The position numbers and the translations under genes were made by a program. A stretch of DNA of 64,000 bases from a virus. Taxonomy: Duplodnaviria > Caudoviricetes. Positions 56,001 to 64,000 of the stretch are shown piece by piece; position 1 is the first letter of the stretch, and each line of letters opens with the position of its first letter. The stretch lies in the IMG/VR virus record IMGVR_UViG_3300034073_003276. One strand, given 5' to 3'. The notes under the pieces were generated by a model. That model did not search any database and was not told where the DNA came from. It saw nothing but the letters and a program-made list of their open reading frames with translations.

Positions 56001-57545
56001 TCAGAGACCCTTTGCGTGTCTGGTTTTACCACTCTCATCAGTCCAGGTTTCTCTTTCTCTTCTAGGAGTTACGTAACCTACACCAGGAACAGCACCAGTC
56101 TTTCCTTGGTCTCTTGCAGCATTTCTTGCTGCTGCTCTTTGCGCTGCTCTCTTACGATTCTTTTCGTAATTAGTCATTGCTTCATCAATCCACGCTGCAA
56201 ATGCTTCTTCAGAAAACTCACCCATTGCTTTTTGCTTACGGAGTTTCTTAGCACTCTTAGTTACACCACCAGGACCCTCTGAAGGATAATCATGATCTTG
56301 ACGAGTGCCTACACCGTGCTTAGAACCTGCTCTTGCTCTTTCTCTATCGTCAGAGGTCATACCCTTTCTTGGTGAATCATCTGGAGTTCTATTAGCAGGG
56401 TTGGTTCTGCTTAGCATCTTCTTGAGGAATGGTTTCCTCTTTGCAGTCATTTTGGTTCCTCTTGCTGCACTATATGCTTTTGGAGTAGCACCATAGGAAC
56501 CTTCTTCTTCATCAAGAAATTCTTCGACAATACTCTGTATCCACCCTTCACTCATATTTGCAATAATTTCACGAGCAGCCTCTTCAGTTTCTGCATAACC
56601 TTCAGAGATTAGGTGCTCAAGAACTTGCTCAAACATATCTTTGCCACCCTTCTTGGGCACTTTACCCTTTTGCTTCAGGGCGTCACGACCACCTTCAGCA
56701 CGTTCGGCAGAAGAAGCACCAGGACGGAAACGACCCATCATCAGTCGGCGCTCCTTATTGGTGGGAACTTCCTTATCCCTCTTCTCTTGCTCAGCATCAC
56801 GGCGAGCCTGCTCACGGGCAGCACCTTTGAAGTCAATACCTTCACAAATGTTAGCAATCATTTCAGCGTCCATTTCCATCATTACATAATGTGCCTCTTC
56901 TACGGTGTCTACGTGACCGTTATCGAAGAGATACTCAAGAACTACATCATAAGCATCATACTGCTCAAAGGCACTTCCAGGCTTCTTAGAACCCGTTGCT
57001 TTATTGACAGGTGTAGCAGGTTTTGGAGCTGGTGCAGATGCTTGTCTCTGCATAGATCTTCCAATCATTCCACGAATTTCTGCAGCAGATGATTGACTTT
57101 TAGATACTGCTGGTTGAGATGTAATTGGTTTTGATGTGGTTGATCCAGGAGCTGGTTTTGCTGCTGGTGCTGCAGGAGCCACTTTAGAAGCAGGCTTAGG
57201 TGCTGGTGCAGCGGGTTTAGTAGCAGGAGCAGCGGCAGCAGGCTTAGGTGCTGGTGCAGCAGGCTTAGGTGCTGGTGCAGCGGCAGCAGGCTTAGGTGCT
57301 GGTGCAGCGGCAGGTCTTTGTCTAGTGCCCGCTGCAGCACCTCTTCTGGTGCCAGCGGGTCTTTCAGCAGCTTTATATACAGTTGGATTGGATCCAGTAA
57401 CTCTTCCACCCTGAGCACTAGCCTCATCAATTTGCTCTACATCATCTTCAAAAATTTCTTCAACAACTTCTTGGTGTTGCGGAGCATAAACTGCCGCATA
57501 TGCTTCCATCAATGCTTTTGCATCACTTCCAGTAATTCTAGACAT
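56001..57545 (-). CDS. Low-complexity late protein with two helical acidic repeats (possible internal virion protein)
   Basis: PAAAAPAPK repeats; YDVVLEYL..GHVDT.EEAH and FEQVLEHL..EGYAETEEAA repeats; TATAAATA at 57571..57578. Confidence 0.6.
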   Translation of the reverse strand: MSRITGSDAKALMEAYAAVYAPQHQEVVEEIFEDDVEQIDEASAQGGRVTGSNPTVYKAAERPAGTRRGAAAGTRQRPAAAPAPKPAAAAPAPKPAAPAPKPAAAAPATKPAAPAPKPASKVAPAAPAAKPAPGSTTSKPITSQPAVSKSQSSAAEIRGMIGRSMQRQASAPAPKPATPVNKATGSKKPGSAFEQYDAYDVVLEYLFDNGHVDTVEEAHYVMMEMDAEMIANICEGIDFKGAAREQARRDAEQEKRDKEVPTNKERRLMMGRFRPGASSAERAEGGRDALKQKGKVPKKGGKDMFEQVLEHLISEGYAETEEAAREIIANMSEGWIQSIVEEFLDEEEGSYGATPKAYSAARGTKMTAKRKPFLKKMLSRTNPANRTPDDSPRKGMTSDDRERARAGSKHGVGTRQDHDYPSEGPGGVTKSAKKLRKQKAMGEFSEEAFAAWIDEAMTNYEKNRKRAAQRAAARNAARDQGKTGAVPGVGYVTPRRERETWTDESGKTRHAKGL

Positions 57546-57591
57546 TTGTTCTTTTGATTTTCTATAATTTTATTTATAAAAAAAGAGGGTC

Positions 57592-57738
57592 TTAACTACC
57601 CTCCATCCATTCTTTCTTATAATCGTAATCTCCAAACATAAATTCATCAGATTCTGCTGCTTCTCGATAAGCATTCAGAATCTCTTCTTCACACCATTCA
57701 TCATAGTTGGAATCATCTTTAAGTATCTTGGGATTCAT
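57592..57738 (-). CDS. Small acidic hypothetical protein (48 aa)
   Basis: Hand translation MNPKILKDDSNYDEWCEEE..., followed by a GAGGGT/ACCCTC terminator. Confidence 0.55.
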   Translation of the reverse strand: MNPKILKDDSNYDEWCEEEILNAYREAAESDEFMFGDYDYKKEWMEGS

Positions 57739-58465
57739 TTTTTATAGTCCAACCGTTTCTTCTTGGTCCAGTTCTATTATATTTAATAGCAGCACACATA
57801 GTAGCATATGAAATATTATGCAACTTACAAAATTTTTTTAGTTCACCAGTAACAACATATTCTTTTCCTTCTGGAGATAAAAGTTTCCAAGTTTTTGCTG
57901 ATGGAGATGTAAATCCATTTGCATATCTTTCCTTTGCCTTTTGACTAATTTTTCTTTTCCTATCTTCACTACAAGGAACACCATAACTTGGATTGTTTTT
58001 TCCCGCCACTTTTTCACTTATTTTTCTTTTAGTTTCTTCAGTATGTTTTCTTACACCACCATAGTTTCTCCTTTCTTCTTTTGTCTTTAATCTTTTTTGA
58101 ATTTGTTCCTCCCACTTATCCCCATATATTTGTTGATATGTTCTTCCTTTTAATTTTGGAGGTCTAGAACTTTCACATATATTTGTTAATATACCATTTT
58201 CATCAATATCTCTTTTTCCGTATTTTTTGATTAGTTCCTCTTCATAATCATAAGCATCATTTTCTTCCTCAAAATATTGAACTATTTTAACTTCAGGTTC
58301 ATAACCTTCTTTTCTTATTTTTTTAATCTTATCAAACTTCTTAAAGTTATCCGATTTTGCCCTCGATTGTTCTGATAAATGAAAATAGACCCGATTACCT
58401 TTACCCTTTCCAACATAAAAAGGAAGATTAACTCTCGGGTCTATTAATTCGTAAACATAATACAT
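57719..58465 (-). mobile_element. GIY-YIG homing endonuclease with NUMOD3 repeats, downstream of nrdB
   Basis: YYVYELIDP...PFYVGKG.GNR, AYDYEEELI..YG, KHTEETKRKIS, GKNNPSYG; TATAAATA upstream. Confidence 0.85.
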
Positions 58466-58525
58466 TTTAACAAACTAAACTCTAATACTATTTATATAAT
58501 ATTATATTTCAGTTTGTTGTATTTG

Positions 58526-59707
58526 TCAAAGTTTAAAGTCACTAAATGTATTGGCAGTAACATCGTGTTTGATACCACCAACCACATAACTCTCAACTTC
58601 TGTTTCTTGTGGACTTACTTGCAACCCTTTAGATTCAATCCAATGAGAAGTCCAAGGAAGAGGATTATTCTTTGCAGGAATATCATAAAGTGGTTTGAGT
58701 CCAATTGCCTTCATTCTACGATTCGCAATCCACTCAACATATTGCTGAAGAAGTTTATCATTGAGTCCAATCATCGACCCATCTTTAAACAGATACTCTG
58801 CCCAAAGTTTTTCTTGATTGACTGCGCTTTCGAAGGTCTTGTAGACCCATTGCTCTTCTTCTTTACAGATTCTTGCCATCTCAGGGTCATCGCCCTCTCT
58901 CCACTTATTCATAATGTTTTGAGTGATGACCAAGTGCTGATTCTCATCTCTAGCAATCAGAGAGATGATTTTTGCACTTCCTTCCATAAGTTTGAGTTCG
59001 CCAAAAGCAAAACTGCAAGCGAAACTGACATAAAAGCGAATACCTTCAAGAATATTAACGTTTGCAACTGCTCGGAACAGTTTACGTTTGAGTTCATATC
59101 TTGCCTCTTGTGCGTATGGGACTTGTTCTAATGCGTGAACCCACTCATTTGAATTGTCATAACGATGAGCACTGTTGATGAAGTCATTATATGCCTGAGT
59201 AACACTCACGGCACGTTCTAAAATACGGTCATCTCTGAGAATAGTATCAAAAACTTCAGATGGGTCTGAATAAACGTTTTTGATGATATATGTGTATGAG
59301 CGACTATGAATCATCTCCATAAATTCCCATACCTTCATACACGCTTCCAGTTCTGGAAGGGAGCAGTAAGGCGCGAACGCCATACCAGGACCTCTTCCCT
59401 GAACTGAGTCCAACATTACCTGATACTTCAGGTTGCTGGTAAAAATGTGTTTTTGCTCTGGGCGCAGTGTATGGTAATCACTGCGATCTTTTTGAAGCGA
59501 AACCTCTTCAGGTCTCCAAAAGTATCCTAGTTGTTGAGTTGTTAGTTTATCGAAAATTGGATATTTGTAAGTATCATACCTCTGTATTCCTAGTGGTTGT
59601 CCAAAAAACATTGGTTGCTTTTTGGTGTCTACTTCTTGAGAATTGAAAACGGTCATTGATTCGACCATATTCTTCTCCTGTGAATTGATTTTGAAACTAA
59701 AGGTCAT
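58526..59707 (-). CDS. nrdB: Ribonucleotide reductase class Ia beta subunit
   Basis: FWRPEEVSL, DSVQGR, EMIHSRSY, LEGIRFYVSF, ARDENQH, VSPQETE..SY. Confidence 0.97.
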   Translation of the reverse strand: MTFSFKINSQEKNMVESMTVFNSQEVDTKKQPMFFGQPLGIQRYDTYKYPIFDKLTTQQLGYFWRPEEVSLQKDRSDYHTLRPEQKHIFTSNLKYQVMLDSVQGRGPGMAFAPYCSLPELEACMKVWEFMEMIHSRSYTYIIKNVYSDPSEVFDTILRDDRILERAVSVTQAYNDFINSAHRYDNSNEWVHALEQVPYAQEARYELKRKLFRAVANVNILEGIRFYVSFACSFAFGELKLMEGSAKIISLIARDENQHLVITQNIMNKWREGDDPEMARICKEEEQWVYKTFESAVNQEKLWAEYLFKDGSMIGLNDKLLQQYVEWIANRRMKAIGLKPLYDIPAKNNPLPWTSHWIESKGLQVSPQETEVESYVVGGIKHDVTANTFSDFKL

Positions 59708-59751
59708 AATTTTTTTCTACTAAACTATCTCAACTGTTATATTTAACTGGA

Positions 59752-62052
59752 TTAGATTTTGCAACTTTCACAGTCGTCCTCTTCGGCACTCATAATATCA
59801 CTAAGAAGAGATTCAAGTTTTTGCTTTTTCTCTTCAACAACTTCATCAGTTTTATTATCATAAGTATTCTGATAATAACTTGTTTTCCAACCCAGTTTGT
59901 AAGTGGTTAAGAGATCTTGTGCCATTACTGAAGTAGGAACTTCATTATCGGGATAATTTTCTGGATTATAAGACCAGTTTCCAGAAATTGCTTGGTCGAA
60001 GAACTTCTGCATTACAGCAACCACATTGATATAACCACGATTGCTAGGCATATCCCACAGAAGCGTATAATTGTTCTTGAGAGTTTGATATTGGGGAACA
60101 ATCTGCTTAAGCGGACCCTTCTTGGACTTCTTAATGGACAAGTATCCGCGAGGAGGTTCGATTCCATTTGTGGCATTTGACACAACGGAACTGCTCTCCG
60201 AAGGCATCTGTGCGGACAGTGTTGAGTTCCTAACTCCGTACCGTTTAACCAGTGCTCTAAGTGCTTCCCAATCATACTTCAACTCGTTTGGAACAATTTC
60301 ATCAACGTCCTTCTTGTATGTATCAATCGGAAGAATGCCCTGAGCATACTTGGTGCGGTGGGAGTATTCACAAGCACCTTTCTCTTTTGCAAGATTTACG
60401 GTTGCTCGAATGAGATAATATTGGAATGCCTCAGTAAGATCGTGGACCAGTTTCCAAGCGCCAGGATCGTCATAGTGCTCGCCGTGCTTGGCAAGATAGT
60501 GTGCCAAACCAATATAACCTATACCAAGTGAGCGGCGTGCTCTGGTGGCGATTTCTGCTGCTCTGACGGGATATCCTTGAAAATCAATGAGTTCATCAAG
60601 ACTCCTAACAGCAAGATCACAAAGAACTTCAAGATCATCATTAGTCTTGATTTTGCCAACGTTAATAGCACTAAGAATACAAAGAGCAATTTCACCATCA
60701 GTATCATCAATGTGTTGTAGTGGTTTAGTTGGCAAAGTAATCTCTTGACAAAGATTACTCATCTCAACTTTATCCAAGAAGGACGAGTGAGAATTGCAGT
60801 GGTCGATATTCATAATATAAACACGACCAGTTTCGGCACGCTCTTTCAGGAGGTCCAGAAAGAGTTCTTGAGCGCCGATAGTTTTTCTTGGAATAGACTC
60901 ATCTCGTTCGTAAGATACATATAACTCGTCAAATCCATCAGTGCCAAAAGCATCATACAGACCAGGAACGGAGTGGGGAGAGAAGAGAGAAATCTCTTCA
61001 TTACGGATGAATCGTTCATAGAAAAGTTTGGAGATTTGGATACTGTAGTCTAACTTACGAACACGATTATCTTCAGTTCCCTTATTATTTTTCAATACTA
61101 AAATGTCTTCGATTTCTTGGTGCCAGATTGGGAAGTGGACCGTCGCACTTCCTCCTCGTATACCATTTTGCGTGCAGCAACGGACAGTTGCTTCAAACTT
61201 TTTGAGAAACGGTACAACGCCAGTGTGCTGGACTTCGCCACCTCTAATCCTACTGTTGATACCACGGATTCGACCTGCGTTGATACCAATTCCCGCCCTT
61301 TGTGCAACATATCTGCCAATAGCCATATCGCTAGTAAAGATACTATCGAGGGTGTCATCAACATCAACAAGAACACAGCTAGCGTATTGTCTAAGCGGCG
61401 TTCGCACTCCCGCCATGATGGGGGTTGGAATGTTGATTTTGTGTTTGGAGATTGCGTCATAATACTTTCTAACGTATTCTAAACGGGTTTCTTTTGGATA
61501 CTTGGAGAAAATAGTTGCAGCAATCAAAAGGTACATAAACTGTGGAGTTTCATAAAGTGCTCCAGTGCTTCTATCCTGCACGAGGTACTTATCAACGACC
61601 TGACGTAGACCTGCATAAGTAAACAGATAGTCACGACTATGATCGATAAACGACTCAAGTTTATCAAACTCTTCGTTAGAGTAGAGGGTAAGAATCTCAG
61701 CATCATAGACACCTTTGTTAACACAATTCTCAACGTGCTCCCTCAAAGTAGGAAACTCGTGCATACGACCATAAAGTTGCTTGCGAGTGGCAAACAGGAG
61801 CAGACGTGCTGCGACAAACTGATAATTTGGATGCTCCAGGTCAATTAGGTCAGAAGCAGAACGAATCAGAATCTCCTGAATTTCTGCCGTTGTAATGCCA
61901 TCATAGAATTGAATACCTGATTGCATCTCAACTTGACTTGCAGAGACCCCAGCAAGGTCCTTACATGCCTCTTCCACCATTACGTGAAGTTTATTCAACT
62001 CCAATACTTCAGTGGCACCATTTCTTTTAACGACTTTTGTTCCGTTACTCAT
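59752..62052 (-). CDS. nrdA: Ribonucleotide reductase class Ia alpha subunit (no intein or intron seen)
   Basis: ATP-cone, TPIMAG.RT, ASCVL, SNLCQEI, CILSAIN, SAQMPSESSS, C-terminal CESCKI. Start MSNG overlaps the primase stop. Confidence 0.97.
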   Translation of the reverse strand: MSNGTKVVKRNGATEVLELNKLHVMVEEACKDLAGVSASQVEMQSGIQFYDGITTAEIQEILIRSASDLIDLEHPNYQFVAARLLLFATRKQLYGRMHEFPTLREHVENCVNKGVYDAEILTLYSNEEFDKLESFIDHSRDYLFTYAGLRQVVDKYLVQDRSTGALYETPQFMYLLIAATIFSKYPKETRLEYVRKYYDAISKHKINIPTPIMAGVRTPLRQYASCVLVDVDDTLDSIFTSDMAIGRYVAQRAGIGINAGRIRGINSRIRGGEVQHTGVVPFLKKFEATVRCCTQNGIRGGSATVHFPIWHQEIEDILVLKNNKGTEDNRVRKLDYSIQISKLFYERFIRNEEISLFSPHSVPGLYDAFGTDGFDELYVSYERDESIPRKTIGAQELFLDLLKERAETGRVYIMNIDHCNSHSSFLDKVEMSNLCQEITLPTKPLQHIDDTDGEIALCILSAINVGKIKTNDDLEVLCDLAVRSLDELIDFQGYPVRAAEIATRARRSLGIGYIGLAHYLAKHGEHYDDPGAWKLVHDLTEAFQYYLIRATVNLAKEKGACEYSHRTKYAQGILPIDTYKKDVDEIVPNELKYDWEALRALVKRYGVRNSTLSAQMPSESSSVVSNATNGIEPPRGYLSIKKSKKGPLKQIVPQYQTLKNNYTLLWDMPSNRGYINVVAVMQKFFDQAISGNWSYNPENYPDNEVPTSVMAQDLLTTYKLGWKTSYYQNTYDNKTDEVVEEKKQKLESLLSDIMSAEEDDCESCKI

Positions 62053-63020
62053 ATTTTCTTCCAATTGTTAAACTTGATTTTTGCTTCTAAACCAGAGTAG
62101 ATATTTGATTTTAACACATCCATAACATTAAGTCCAGCAAGCACCATATCATTGATATCCTTTTGCTGGATAGTTGTAGGCCAAATAATTACTTTGTCAC
62201 CTCTGTTAATGGTTTTTGATATTCGGTTGACGATTTCTCGATTACGTGGTTCGTTATCAAAAACGTAAATATAATCGCACCAACCAAACGACCTAATATC
62301 AATGTCGGACCCACACATAGCAACAGCATTTTGTACAAACGTGGAGTCGAAGGGTCCCTCAACGATGTAAATGGATTTCGAAGTATCGATTTGGTCCAAC
62401 CCATAAATTTTCGGTGCGTCATCAGAAAGCATCACAGTGATATATTTAACAGAGTTTGGACCCAGTGCTCTTCCCTGAAATCCAATCAGATTACTGTCAG
62501 TATCATACATTGGTATAATAATGCGACTCTCATCTCTACCAATAGTATCAAAAGTTTGTTTTTGAGTATTAGTCCATTCTTTAAATTTGTCAGCAAAATA
62601 AAACTTTTCTGGATTGAGTTTTCTTCTTTCCAGGTATTCTTTGGCAACTGGATTAGTAGATGCCTTTGGCAAATCTAACTTCTTCTTAAAAGATGGTTTA
62701 GTAAACTCAAATTTCGGTGATTCAACTACAAAGTTTTTACCTGTATGACCTTCCTTAAATTTCTCTAGAGTGTATTGCTTATGAAGAACTGGATCTAATT
62801 CTTTAAGGAAGTTGTTGAAAGATAAACTAGCGCCGCAGTTGTGGCACTTAAAGTTTGTGTTGTTTTTTACAGGATAGATATATCCTCGTGTTTTATTTTT
62901 GTTTTTTTGAGAATCACCACAAAGAGGGCAGCGAAAGTTGTAGAGATCTGCCTTGACTCTCTTGAATTTTTGTAGTCGTGATGAAACGAGTCCAATATAC
63001 TTGGAGTCAATCAAATCCAT
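62049..63020 (-). CDS. gp61: T4-like DNA primase (gp61)
   Basis: FRCPLCGDS...CHNCG zinc finger, VEGPFDS, FDNEPRN.EI Toprim motifs. Confidence 0.93.
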   Translation of the reverse strand: MDLIDSKYIGLVSSRLQKFKRVKADLYNFRCPLCGDSQKNKNKTRGYIYPVKNNTNFKCHNCGASLSFNNFLKELDPVLHKQYTLEKFKEGHTGKNFVVESPKFEFTKPSFKKKLDLPKASTNPVAKEYLERRKLNPEKFYFADKFKEWTNTQKQTFDTIGRDESRIIIPMYDTDSNLIGFQGRALGPNSVKYITVMLSDDAPKIYGLDQIDTSKSIYIVEGPFDSTFVQNAVAMCGSDIDIRSFGWCDYIYVFDNEPRNREIVNRISKTINRGDKVIIWPTTIQQKDINDMVLAGLNVMDVLKSNIYSGLEAKIKFNNWKKI

Positions 63021-63033
63021 TATGAGGAGGTTA

Positions 63034-63447
63034 TTATTTCGTTGCCTCTACTTTAACAGGTGGTTGGTCTGGTGTCAAGATGTCCACCACCATATGAGAC
63101 TGGGAAACTGCGAATGATAGAATAATTGCCGCTCCCGCAATAATCCAACGGAATTTGGCAAGTTCTTCTACTTTAGTTTCTAATGATTGAATTTTTTCCG
63201 ATACTTTCTTATGTTGCTCTTTATTTTCCTCCTTCATATCATTAATCATGTTTGAAATCATTTCATCAGTCTTACCACAATTCTCAATCTTCTCTTCGTG
63301 GACTGCCAGCATCTTACTAATGCTTTGGCTAGTCTTACCCATTATTTGTATTGCTTCGTCAATCTTTCTCATCATAACCTCATAGGATGAGAGTCTTTCT
63401 TCTAAAACGGCAATTTTCGTGTCGGATGAAGTATTTTGGTTAAACAT
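63034..63447 (-). CDS. Coiled-coil protein with a C-terminal TM helix
   Basis: Heptad-rich, ending KFRWIIAGAAIILSFAV. Confidence 0.6.
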   Translation of the reverse strand: MFNQNTSSDTKIAVLEERLSSYEVMMRKIDEAIQIMGKTSQSISKMLAVHEEKIENCGKTDEMISNMINDMKEENKEQHKKVSEKIQSLETKVEELAKFRWIIAGAAIILSFAVSQSHMVVDILTPDQPPVKVEATK

Positions 63448-63509
63448 GATTGGAGGATATGAGATTTGATACCTTAATTACATAACAAATCTACTAATAT
63501 TTATTTTTA

Positions 63510-63752
63510 TTATTTTTGCTTAAGATATTGTAACCACCACTTTCGGGAGTTTTTACCGCCCTTAGCATAAGTCCTTTTCTTATCTTTTTTCCACACAGGA
63601 GGAGTGCCAGTTTCAATATTATATCCAAGAGACTTTTCACCATCACCAACTACATTGGCAATTGCTCCTTCACCTTCTTCTTTAATAGTATGAATGATTT
63701 GAATTAGTTTATCTACCTTATTCATCAGATTGCTTGTAGTTGTTTTAAACAC
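63510..63752 (-). CDS. Hypothetical protein
   Basis: 80-aa ORF; late promoter-like ATAAATA downstream for the next gene. Confidence 0.5.
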   Translation of the reverse strand: MFKTTTSNLMNKVDKLIQIIHTIKEEGEGAIANVVGDGEKSLGYNIETGTPPVWKKDKKRTYAKGGKNSRKWWLQYLKQK

Positions 63753-64000
63753 TCTTCATCAATTTTGACATCATGCATTTGAGTTCTTGGGTATTCTGGA
63801 AATCTATTTAAGAATACTAAGAAACTTTTTATTGCCGACCACAAATCCCGATCTAAGTTATAAAATAACAAAGGAACTGCTGCGTCATTAAAAACATTAA
63901 AAAGTATAATTAAATGATTCAAAATAAGGTGAGTTTTGAGCTCACCTGTATTTTTATATCTTTTTAACAGTCTCTTAACATATCGTATTCTTTTCATATC
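63725..64000 (-). CDS. Conserved T4-like hypothetical protein (5' truncated by the window edge)
   Basis: KRL.KRY..TGELK..LILNH.I.L.NVF...A..LLF. Confidence 0.65.
   Translation of the reverse strand, partial: DMKRIRYVKRLLKRYKNTGELKTHLILNHLIILFNVFNDAAVPLLFYNLDRDLWSAIKSFLVFLNRFPEYPRTQMHDVKIDEECLKQLQAI

Noticed and set aside
58514-61848. Antisense and alternate-frame ORFs over nrdB and nrdA
   Set aside because: Shadow ORFs of highly conserved genes.
59752-63020. Introns or inteins in nrdA, nrdB, primase or psbA
   Set aside because: All have normal length and continuous motifs.

Overview
This 64-kb window is part of a T4-like cyanophage (cyanomyovirus) genome. It is AT-rich, almost entirely minus-strand coded, and has both host sigma70-type (TTGACA-17-TATAAT) and T4 late (TATAAATA-like) promoters. 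From left to right it holds: (1) ~1-21.6 kb, a virion fibre/adhesin region of repeat-built genes (two 7-bladed RCC1-like propellers, a 2195-aa Gly-X-Gln collagen fibre with an S74 chaperone, a 1827-aa repeat fibre, a tailspike-like protein, three LamG-like paralogues); (2) 21.6-26.2 kb, glycosyltransferases, 2OG-Fe(II) oxygenases and UDP-galactopyranose mutase; (3) psbA with a divergent C-terminal half, a downstream putative homing endonuclease and two hli genes; (4) 30.6-44.1 kb, a glycan operon (GT25, GT6, GT11, GT4, HtrL-like, methyltransferases, a 3,6-dideoxyhexose pathway, embedded deoD and a HAD phosphatase); (5) micro-ORFs, a cyanobacterial porin and 19 tRNAs interleaved with structured non-tRNA RNAs; (6) lysis enzymes, two GIY-YIG endonucleases, nrdB, nrdA and primase. 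The most novel-looking items are: a 154-nt six-hairpin RNA with complementary loops between tRNA-Asn and tRNA-Thr, plus other structured spacers (an SRP-helix-8-like insert and an rrn-like boxB/boxA leader); constant/variable DNA cassettes across the adhesin genes, including a ~272-nt identical in-frame repeat shared by the two fibre genes; the D1 mosaic next to an endonuclease; and a deoD/HAD/nucleotidyltransferase unit inside the sugar operon. All family assignments come from motif recognition by eye; no database search or folding program was run.
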